A stretch of DNA of 63,825 nucleotides, filler included, from an uncultured Methanosarcinales archaeon (GTDB lineage: Archaea; Nanobdellota; Nanobdellia; Woesearchaeales; DATDXC01), in the NCBI GenBank assembly GCA_964510025.1. It is 4 parts of 4 records of this genome, joined end to end, with 100 filler letters (N's around TTAATTAATTAA, not from the genome) between each part and the next. Parts side by side here need not be neighbours in the genome. Positions count along the whole stretch, not along the records: positions 53,249 to 60,003 come from CAZDZV010000025.1; positions 60,104 to 63,825 come from CAZDZV010000030.1; 2 more parts are not named here. One strand, written 5' to 3'. The position numbers and the translations under genes are program-made. Shown here one piece after another: positions 56,617-63,825 of this stretch (positions within the stretch are counted from its first letter, which is position 1; each line of letters starts with the position of its first letter). The notes beneath the pieces are model-generated. The model saw only the letters and a program-made list of their open reading frames with translations, did no database searches and had not been told where the DNA came from.

Positions 56617-57030
56617 CTATTCCACCGTGATTTTCAGCTGCTTGCTGAAAGGTATTGACATGACTGTGAACTCTCCGGCCTCTTTAAATACAAGCTCCCC
56701 GGTCTCACCGTCTGCCAGCCTTGCTGTTTTGTCTCCTGTCTCCTTCGTGACAAAAGAATATGCAGCGCTCCCCTCATCATTCACATTTATGTTCAATGTA
56801 GAGCCTTCTGCTATCGTTATCTCCTCCGGATCAAATCCTTCCCTTCCGTTGAAGACAACATCCTCTCCTTCAGGAGCCATCTCTACCTCGGGCGGTTCCA
56901 ATGTCTCTTCCGGCGCCTCTTCCTCCATGGGCGGGGGGGTGGTGACCGGCTCTGTTGTCTCTTCCGGCGCCTGTGTACATCCTACTACAGACAGCACCAT
57001 CAAAATTCCCAATACATATGCTAACTTCAT
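56617..57030 (-). CDS. Lipoprotein with a degenerate cupredoxin-like domain
   Basis: VVGC lipobox, Pro/Glu linker, FDPEEITIAEG, FKEAGEF...ITVE; GGAGGT SD. Confidence 0.7.
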   Translation of the reverse strand: MKLAYVLGILMVLSVVGCTQAPEETTEPVTTPPPMEEEAPEETLEPPEVEMAPEGEDVVFNGREGFDPEEITIAEGSTLNINVNDEGSAAYSFVTKETGDKTARLADGETGELVFKEAGEFTVMSIPFSKQLKITVE

Positions 57031-57052
57031 TTGCAATACCTCCGTTTCTAGT

Positions 57053-57982
57053 CTAGTTCTGTTTTTCTTTTAAATAGTTTTCGCTCTTCAGCACTTCCCT
57101 CAAGGAAGCTATCGCTACCTCTAGCTGTTTGTTGTCTGGCTCCTTTGTCGTGATCTTCTGGATAGCAACTCCAGGCCAGCTAAATAATCTCACAAAAAAA
57201 TTATCCTTGAACCTTGCGCTCAGCTTCAGAAGCTCGTATGATATCCCGGCTATTATAGGTATGACAATGATCCTCAGAGGGAAAAGGATAGACTTTCTTG
57301 CAAAAAGGTTCAGGCTGTTGAAAGCAGGATATATCCTCAAGATCATGATAGGCAGCAGCGAAAAGACAAATATGCTGAAGATAAAGACAATGAAGATGAA
57401 GCTTGTGCCGCATCTCGGGTGCTTGGTTGTAAACTTTTTCGCGTTCTTTACATTAACTTTTTCCCCTGATTCATAGCAGTAGACTGCTTTGTGCTCTGCT
57501 CCATGGTACTCAAAGATCCTTCTGATATCCTTCATGAGAGATATCGCAAAAAGATATGCCAAGAATAGCGCTATCTTGATCAATGCATCTATGAAATTGA
57601 AGAGCACCGGCCTCGTTTCTTCCTTGAAGCCTGCAAGATGTGTAAGAAAATACGGAAGGGCGACAAAGAACAAGATCACGAAAGCGAACGAAAAGAACAG
57701 TGTCCAGAATACCTCAACCTTGGAGAGCTTCTCTTCCTTTTTATCAGACTGCTTGTCAGCGCTCCACACAAGGGTTTTTATCCCGAGCACAAGCATCTCT
57801 ATCAGGTTTACAATGCCCCTGATGAAAAAAAGCCTGAAAAACCAGCCCTTCTCCCCTATTTTGCCTGTCTTGGTTACGACCTTCCCTTTTTCATTCCTCA
57901 CCGAGACAGCATAACAGCTGGGCCCGCGCATCATCACTCCTTCGATGACTGCCTGACCCCCAACGCTCACTTTCTTTTTCAT
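57053..57982 (-). CDS. DUF1385-family membrane protein
   Basis: GGQAVIEGVMM, YHGAEHK, HPRCGTSF, TTKEPD. Confidence 0.92.
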   Translation of the reverse strand: MKKKVSVGGQAVIEGVMMRGPSCYAVSVRNEKGKVVTKTGKIGEKGWFFRLFFIRGIVNLIEMLVLGIKTLVWSADKQSDKKEEKLSKVEVFWTLFFSFAFVILFFVALPYFLTHLAGFKEETRPVLFNFIDALIKIALFLAYLFAISLMKDIRRIFEYHGAEHKAVYCYESGEKVNVKNAKKFTTKHPRCGTSFIFIVFIFSIFVFSLLPIMILRIYPAFNSLNLFARKSILFPLRIIVIPIIAGISYELLKLSARFKDNFFVRLFSWPGVAIQKITTKEPDNKQLEVAIASLREVLKSENYLKEKQN

Positions 57983-58018
57983 CTACAGCAAAAAATTTTT
58001 GTTCCTTTATAAATATAA

Positions 58019-58330
58019 CTAATGCCGCCTGTCAAACCTTAAGAATTCAGGCCTGCAGCTGCCGTCCTGCCTCAGCTCAGAAGGGTAAAGCCTGCATGTC
58101 TCTGGCCTTGCCTTGTAGATGGCGCATGTTGCCTTTTTTCTTTTAATCGAGAGAAAAACACACCTGCCGTCCTTAAGCTTCATGAACTTCTTTCCCCTTA
58201 GCTTCTGCACGAAGAAATCCTCATCATAGCCCAGCTTCCTGATCCTTTTGATATCTGCGGGGCTAAGGAAAGGGGAGATAAGGCAGCATAACCCGCATCT
58301 TTCGCATCTGAAGTCCTTCGGCGTTTTCAT
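58019..58330 (-). CDS. YkgJ-family cysteine-cluster protein
   Basis: FRCERCGLCC, RCVFL, CAIYKARPETCRLYP. Confidence 0.85.
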   Translation of the reverse strand: MKTPKDFRCERCGLCCLISPFLSPADIKRIRKLGYDEDFFVQKLRGKKFMKLKDGRCVFLSIKRKKATCAIYKARPETCRLYPSELRQDGSCRPEFLRFDRRH

Positions 58331-60003
58331 AGGTGTCTCTTTAGCTGCGCTACAAGGTCTTTCAGTGCTGGTTCGTGTGTCATTATCTGCGCGATGTTAT
58401 CCACCTTCGTACCTTTGCCGCTGAAGATATGGTTTATGCCCGCATAGCTTTTGGACCTGCCGTTCAATGCAGAGTAAACACCTTCTAGGACCTCAATCTG
58501 GCTGGCCGGCCTTTTTGGATCGAACATCCTCGCATATTCTTCCTTTGTGTGCCTGACATTGGCTGTTCCAAGTATCTTGTCATTTGTGCCGTACATGAAG
58601 AATTTTGGCACATCCAGCAGGTACCTATCCCTGAAATAGCTGACAAACCTATGGTCGACTGCAAAGAAATTTAGCAGGTTTAGATAATCTGCAGGATTCT
58701 TGACAGTGCTCATATATTTAACAAAAGGCCTTACTTCAGGTATTCTCATGAATATCAGCTGTATGCCTTTATACCTTGGATCCCTCTCGAATCTAGCTAT
58801 CTCTCCTTTTTTCCTAAGCCTGCTCATCACAGGCAGATTCTGGCTCGCATCTATGAAAAATTTCAACAACGGCTTCGGGCAATAGCTGAAAAACCTGGCT
58901 AACGCAGGCGGCATCAGCGCCTGGATCCTGTCCTGCATGGCTATACCAGCCACAAAGTCTATCCTTCCGCTGTGTGCAAGGTTCTCAGCATTGAACCTGC
59001 CTGCCTTGACAGAGTCGATTATGAGGGAGGCTATCTGCCTGTACTTGGATTTGAACTCTTCTTCCAGATTAGGTATTGGTTGTCCGGCGTCCAGTACAGC
59101 ATTGGTCATCTCCGCATATTGCTGCATATACTGGTAGATGCCCTTCTCAACCTGCTGGTTATAGCTTACCAGCGCAAATATCGATGCGATAGCGCTGACA
59201 TTATGGCCGATGACTGCCACCTTATTCACCCGAAAGTATGCCCTGAGCACCTTGACCGAATGCAGTATAAACTCGCTCATAAGCCCCATATTAAAATGCC
59301 CTGAGCTGTCCCCATGAGCAGGCATATCGATAGTGTAGACCAGAAAGCCAGACAGCGCAATAGCTTTTGCCAGCAGATCATATTGCATCCTTGAATTATG
59401 AAAGCCAGCAGCTATGATAACCCCATGATTTGGTATCTTGTCAAAACTCTCAACATAAACTGTTCCTGCAATCCCTCCGATCGAGAAATCCCTCTTCTCA
59501 CAGCCACCGATGCGCTGTGCTGTGTCTATCCTTATCTTTTGAAGCAGATGAAGGACCTCTCTTCTTATGTTCTCAAGATCAGGCTTATCTACATTGAAAA
59601 GTATCTGGGCCTCTTGCCTTACAAGCTGCAGCAGCGCCTGCCTATTTTCCCAACGTTCTGCGTATGATTTGTTGTTCTTGAAAAAATCTATCTGCTGTCC
59701 TAGGTTATTTTCCAGCTCCCTTAGCGATGCCAGCAGTCGCCTCGCAGCTTCAGCTTCTCGTGCAATCATGGGGCTGTCTCCCTGCCTGGTCATGCGCCTT
59801 TCCAGCCCTTGTTTGATCTGAGCTAGGGCATCCATGACGGTTTTCTCCGCTCTTTTGTTTCCGGTTATCTCAAGCCTCTCGAGCCTCTCTATTCTACGTA
59901 TATGTTCCTCGACAACTGAGTCCCTCACGTATCCCATCCTTTTCTCAAAATCAACAAGCAGCCTAGCTTTTCTTTCGTAATTCCGGCAGTGCCTTTCAAA
60001 AAT
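58327..60003 (-). CDS. Helical N-terminal region fused to an alpha/beta-hydrolase-fold domain with a non-canonical elbow (GHNVS); 5'-truncated
   Basis: Frame open from 59937 to the gap; IIAAGF, DMPAHGDS, VAVIGHNVS, YGTNDKI. Confidence 0.7.
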   Translation of the reverse strand: MFERHCRNYERKARLLVDFEKRMGYVRDSVVEEHIRRIERLERLEITGNKRAEKTVMDALAQIKQGLERRMTRQGDSPMIAREAEAARRLLASLRELENNLGQQIDFFKNNKSYAERWENRQALLQLVRQEAQILFNVDKPDLENIRREVLHLLQKIRIDTAQRIGGCEKRDFSIGGIAGTVYVESFDKIPNHGVIIAAGFHNSRMQYDLLAKAIALSGFLVYTIDMPAHGDSSGHFNMGLMSEFILHSVKVLRAYFRVNKVAVIGHNVSAIASIFALVSYNQQVEKGIYQYMQQYAEMTNAVLDAGQPIPNLEEEFKSKYRQIASLIIDSVKAGRFNAENLAHSGRIDFVAGIAMQDRIQALMPPALARFFSYCPKPLLKFFIDASQNLPVMSRLRKKGEIARFERDPRYKGIQLIFMRIPEVRPFVKYMSTVKNPADYLNLLNFFAVDHRFVSYFRDRYLLDVPKFFMYGTNDKILGTANVRHTKEEYARMFDPKRPASQIEVLEGVYSALNGRSKSYAGINHIFSGKGTKVDNIAQIMTHEPALKDLVAQLKRHL

Positions 60004-60103
60004 NNNNNNNNNNNNNNNNNNNNNNNNNNNNNNNNNNNNNNNNNNNNTTAATTAATTAANNNNNNNNNNNNNNNNNNNNNNNNNNNNNNNNNNNNNNNNN
60101 NNN
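60004..60103. other. Artificial contig spacer
   Basis: N run with TTAATTAATTAA. Confidence 0.98.
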
Positions 60104-60104
60104 A

Positions 60105-60245
60105 TCTCCAAACGAAGTAGCGAGGCTTGTTCCCTATATATTTCAATACCGTAAGCAGGGTTATTCTGACCCGCAGATTATCTCTTTTTTGACCAGCAAT
60201 GGATGGCCAGAAGAGCTTGTGCAAGAGGCATTGAGGAGGCGATAA
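60105..60245 (+). CDS. 3' fragment of a gene ending in a small helical module (...LVPYIFQYRKQGYSDPQIISFLTSNGWPEELVQEALRRR*)
   Basis: Read manually; the YI...GYS..I...L...GW pattern resembles cytoplasmic tails recalled from DPANN membrane proteins; stop abuts the next ATG. Confidence 0.6.
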   Translation, partial: SPNEVARLVPYIFQYRKQGYSDPQIISFLTSNGWPEELVQEALRRR

Positions 60246-60246
60246 T

Positions 60247-60681
60247 ATGTTCGGTTTCGGAAGAGGGAGCATCGAGATTAAGCTAAACAACTACAACTAC
60301 AGGCTTGGAGATATAATAGAAGGAACGGTTGCTTTGCGGATAAGGAAGCCTGTCCATGCAAAAGAGCTTACTATACAGCTTATAGCAGAAAGGAGATCGC
60401 CGAGCTACAGCTCAGGGCACCAGAACTACCAGAAGCTTTATGATTTCAAGCAGCCGTTAGCAGGAGAAAAGGACTACCCAGCTACCCAGATGCCTGTTGT
60501 CCTGCCATTCAAGCTGCAGATACCTTCAAATGTAGAGGGAGCTGATATCGTTGGGAAGCTAGGCAGCCTTATAAGGACAGTGCAGATGCTTTCAGGCTCC
60601 AGGATATATTGGTATCTTATAGCAAGGCTGGATGTGAAGGGATTTGACATAACAAAGAGGATACAGATAAACGTAACATAA
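60247..60681 (+). CDS. Hypothetical protein, arrestin-N/SpoOM-like beta-sandwich
   Basis: GDIIEGTV, LAGEKDY, LPFKLQIP, WYLIARLDV; GAGGAGG SD. Confidence 0.65.
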   Translation: MFGFGRGSIEIKLNNYNYRLGDIIEGTVALRIRKPVHAKELTIQLIAERRSPSYSSGHQNYQKLYDFKQPLAGEKDYPATQMPVVLPFKLQIPSNVEGADIVGKLGSLIRTVQMLSGSRIYWYLIARLDVKGFDITKRIQINVT

Positions 60682-60717
60682 TTAAATTTATAAAGTATCC
60701 TCTATTTTATCATTTCT

Positions 60718-62058
60718 ATGGTGCTTGAAAAGCTAGGCGAGAGCCTTAAGAATACCCTGAGCAAGATAGCTAAATCTGTTTTCGTAAGTGAGAAGCTTAT
60801 CAATGAACTTATCAAGGATATCCAGAGAGCCCTGCTCCAGGCAGATGTCAATGTTAAGCTTGTCTTTGAGCTGACCAAGAAGATAAAGGAAAGGGCCATG
60901 AAGGAGGATGTTCCAGGCAGCCTAACCAAGAAAGAGTACCTTATCAAGGTTGTCTATGGCGAGCTTACGGATTTTCTCGGCAAGCAGGCCAGCAAGATAG
61001 AGATAACAAGCAAGCCTTTCAAGATAATGCTGGTTGGCTTGTTCGGCTCTGGCAAGACAACCACAGCCGGAAAGCTGGCCAGGTATTTTACCAAAAGAGG
61101 CTTCAGCGTCGCTCTGGTAGGCCTGGATGTGCACCGGCCTGCAGCCATGGACCAGATCGAGCAGGTTGCAGAAAAGGCAGACGTTCCGGCCTTTCTGGAT
61201 AAGAAGGAGAAAGATCCGCTAAAGATCTGGAAAAACTTTGAAGAGCAGTACAGAAAATATGATATAATAATAATCGATACAGCAGGAAGAGACGCCTTAT
61301 CCAGAGACCTTGTTGAAGAGATAGAAAAGCTTAGCTCTGCAATAGATCCAGATGAACGCCTCCTGGTAATAAGCGCAGATATCGGCCAGGCTGCTCAGCC
61401 GCAGGCAGAGCAGTTCCACAAGTCGTGCAACATCTCAGGTGTTGTCGCAACAAAGATGGACGGTACAGCAAAGGCAGGAGGGGCTCTGTCTGCATGCGCC
61501 GTTACAAAGGCCCCTATAAAGTTTATCGGTGTAGGTGAAAGGCTCGATGACCTTGAGATGTTCAATCCGCCTGGCTTTGTCTCGAGGCTTCTAGGAATGG
61601 GTGACCTGGAAGCTTTGCTGGAGAAGGCTGAAGGTGCGATAAGCGAAGAGCAGGCTGCAGATCTTGGCAAGAGGTTCATGTCAGGCAAATTTAATCTTAT
61701 AGACCTCTATGAGCAGATGGCAGCCATGAAAAAGATGGGGCCTTTGAACAAGCTTGTTGAGATGGTGCCGGGGTTTTCACAGCTGAAGCTGCCGAAAGAG
61801 ATGCTGCAGGTGCAGCAGGGAAAGCTTGAGACATGGAAGCACATAATGCAGTCCATGACGAAAGAAGAGCTGGAAAAGCCTGATGAGGTCATAGACAGTG
61901 GCCGCATAGACAGGATAGCGAAAGGATCCGGCACCTCAGCAAAGGATGTCAGGGAGCTGATAAAGCAGTTTCGGCAGAGCAAGAAGCTGATGAAGATGAT
62001 GAAAGGCAAGGGCGATGTAAACAAGATGATGAAGAAGCTGCAAAACAGGATGCGCTGA
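60718..62058 (+). CDS. srp54: Signal recognition particle protein SRP54
   Basis: IQRALLQADV, GLFGSGKTTT, DTAGR, TKMDG, LLGMGD, SMTKEE, RIAKGSG. Confidence 0.96.
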   Translation: MVLEKLGESLKNTLSKIAKSVFVSEKLINELIKDIQRALLQADVNVKLVFELTKKIKERAMKEDVPGSLTKKEYLIKVVYGELTDFLGKQASKIEITSKPFKIMLVGLFGSGKTTTAGKLARYFTKRGFSVALVGLDVHRPAAMDQIEQVAEKADVPAFLDKKEKDPLKIWKNFEEQYRKYDIIIIDTAGRDALSRDLVEEIEKLSSAIDPDERLLVISADIGQAAQPQAEQFHKSCNISGVVATKMDGTAKAGGALSACAVTKAPIKFIGVGERLDDLEMFNPPGFVSRLLGMGDLEALLEKAEGAISEEQAADLGKRFMSGKFNLIDLYEQMAAMKKMGPLNKLVEMVPGFSQLKLPKEMLQVQQGKLETWKHIMQSMTKEELEKPDEVIDSGRIDRIAKGSGTSAKDVRELIKQFRQSKKLMKMMKGKGDVNKMMKKLQNRMR

Positions 62059-62712
62059 CTATTCTAGCATCGTAGGCTCAAACCTGTCAGAATACGCCCT
62101 TTTCTCATCGAAGGTGGGAACGCCAGCAAATCCCATCGAGCTGGCCTGGCTGTAAAAGTCAATTTTCATGTCTATATCCTGGCTGGCGCCAAAATATGCG
62201 CATATCTTGAATTCAGCGCTTTTTTCATCTGTGATTATATTCTGGTTGTATAGTATCAGTATCTTCTTGTCAGCCATCTTAAGGTATATTGTATCAGCGC
62301 CTTTCTCTGGAAAATAATAGCTCAGGTAAAGTTCATTCTTTATAGCTGATATCTTTTTGGAAAATAATGACGAATCCTCAAGCTTGGCCTCGTCAAATCC
62401 ATTGATGCCTATCGTCCTGAGCCCGGCTATCTTAGATGCTACGTTAAGGAAAAAATCCCTCAAGCTTTCGCCAGACAGGAACAGCCTTAGCCTTACCTCT
62501 TCTGAAGTCTTGTGCACATCTGCCTTTATCCCAGAATATTTCTTGTTCCAGTCCCTTATCAGCGTCCTGTATTTCTTTATATAGTCTGAAGATTTTTCAG
62601 CGGCCCTTGCATAGATCTTGCTCATGCCCCTTGATACCCTGACAAGCTCTTTGAAGTCCTTGCTGAACTCGGCCAGTGCAGCCTTGTCAACGCCATCCAG
62701 GATGTCTGCCAT
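62059..62712 (-). CDS. Hypothetical protein
   Basis: 217-aa ORF with an upstream TTTAAATA box. Confidence 0.7.
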   Translation of the reverse strand: MADILDGVDKAALAEFSKDFKELVRVSRGMSKIYARAAEKSSDYIKKYRTLIRDWNKKYSGIKADVHKTSEEVRLRLFLSGESLRDFFLNVASKIAGLRTIGINGFDEAKLEDSSLFSKKISAIKNELYLSYYFPEKGADTIYLKMADKKILILYNQNIITDEKSAEFKICAYFGASQDIDMKIDFYSQASSMGFAGVPTFDEKRAYSDRFEPTMLE

Positions 62713-62745
62713 AATCCCACATAAATAAATAGAATTATTTAAATC

Positions 62746-63297
62746 TTATTGTTCCACCGTGATCTCGCCGCGCATCCTGTCGATGAAGACTATATCAACA
62801 TACCAGTATTCTCCGGGCTCTTCAAATATATACTCAAAACTGTCATCATAGAACATCCTGTCGCTCCTTTCATAAAATGGCTCGCCTCTTTTGTATATCC
62901 CAATCTGGTGCACTATCTTATCATTATCCTGGTACATGTCCTTGTGGATCCATCTAACCCTTGTTCCAGCCTCTATTGTCATCTCATCTGGCTTGAACTT
63001 GAGGTTCTCTATCTGGATTATCTCAAATGGCTCTTCGCTGTCTTGCTCTTCGCTGTCTTCCCCCACCTCCTCATCTGCATCATCCTGGCCGTTCTCCCCA
63101 TCATCTGTCTCGCCCTGATCATCTGCATCATCTGCCGGCTCATCTTGCTCAACAGGTCCTGCATCCTGCTCTTCTGCTTCAGGTGCGCTAGGTTCCATCG
63201 TGTTTGTTATAGTTATGTTTGCATCCTCTACATCTGCAGGCTGACAGCTAATAAGAAACAGCAATATCACCATCAGCAAACCTATCAATGATTTCAT
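62746..63297 (-). CDS. Lipoprotein with an acidic linker and a cupredoxin-like domain (Cys-to-Asp variant)
   Basis: LISC lipobox; D/E-rich linker; FKPDEMTIEAGTRVRW, VHQI, PGEYWYVDIVF...MRGEITV. Confidence 0.78.
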   Translation of the reverse strand: MKSLIGLLMVILLFLISCQPADVEDANITITNTMEPSAPEAEEQDAGPVEQDEPADDADDQGETDDGENGQDDADEEVGEDSEEQDSEEPFEIIQIENLKFKPDEMTIEAGTRVRWIHKDMYQDNDKIVHQIGIYKRGEPFYERSDRMFYDDSFEYIFEEPGEYWYVDIVFIDRMRGEITVEQ

Positions 63298-63378
63298 TTC
63301 TATGAAGTAATAAAACAATGCCTTTTATTTAAACCTTTCTATAAAACTTTTTATAGTATGGCAATTAACCTGTCTAAC

Positions 63379-63825
63379 ATGGAGATAATAGCTGATCTGC
63401 ATATACATTCCAAGCACAGCAGGGCGACTGGCAAGGATCTCGGCATTGACAATCTTGAAAAATGGGCAAAGGTTAAAGGGGTGAATCTTCTTGGGACAGG
63501 CGATTTTACCCATCCAAAATGGATTGATGAGATAAGGCAGAAGCTGTCAGAGCAGGACGGCATACTGAAAACTTCTTCAGGGTTCCCGTTCATCCTCCAG
63601 ACAGAGATCTCACTGATATATACCGACATGGGAAGGGGCCGCAAGATCCACAATGTTGTATTTGCTCCTGACATGGAAGCAGCAGATAAGATCACAAGAT
63701 GGCTCCTCACCAGGGGCAGGGTAGACTATGATGGAAGGCCTATCTTCAAGATAACCTCTGCAGAATTTGTCGAGCATCTCAAGGATATAGGTCCATCAGG
63801 AACTGATAATCGCGCGACTGGACAA
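63379..63825 (+). CDS. Endonuclease Q (PHP family), N-terminal part, running off the window
   Basis: Read manually (absent from the ORF track): MEIIADLHIHSKHSRAT...KGVNLLGTGDFTHPKW...EIS...KIHNVV...DGRP. Confidence 0.88.
   Translation, partial: MEIIADLHIHSKHSRATGKDLGIDNLEKWAKVKGVNLLGTGDFTHPKWIDEIRQKLSEQDGILKTSSGFPFILQTEISLIYTDMGRGRKIHNVVFAPDMEAADKITRWLLTRGRVDYDGRPIFKITSAEFVEHLKDIGPSGTDNRATGQ

Noticed and set aside
63351..63710. Minus-strand ORFs 63351..63710 and 63325..63513
   Set aside because: They overlap the plus-strand EndoQ N-terminal half, which carries clear PHP motifs

Overview
Four concatenated contigs, joined by artificial N/TTAATTAATTAA spacers, from an archaeon. Gene content and style point to a DPANN lineage such as Woesearchaeota (inference): uL16/L10e, GINS, prefoldin alpha, SRP54/FtsY, LonB, archaeal SepF, ZPR1, EndoQ, class III signal pilin, and TATA boxes about 25 nt before start codons. 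Housekeeping genes are interspersed with Cys-rich secreted and surface proteins. The most notable items are: (1) a ~10 kb co-oriented cluster (17139-27512) encoding a KamA-type aminomutase, PanD, a PLP fold-III decarboxylase, three ATP-grasp ligases, two MurL-like ATP-dependent enzymes and an M20 amidohydrolase, which looks like an uncharacterised non-ribosomal peptide/polyamide pathway; (2) a tRNA-Ser(UGA) gene hidden between ORFs and interrupted by three non-canonical BHB-type introns, with a 6-nt micro-exon; (3) a two-route glucosylglycerate-type compatible-solute cluster; (4) several candidate surface-sorting signals (PEP-CTERM, an ITGxAV motif, a shared GWNL/GYW C-terminal module); (5) a family of cupredoxin-like proteins with Cys replaced by Asp at the copper ligand position. 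No CRISPR array, rRNA gene or recognisable mobile element was seen. All family calls come from motif recognition by eye; no searches were run.
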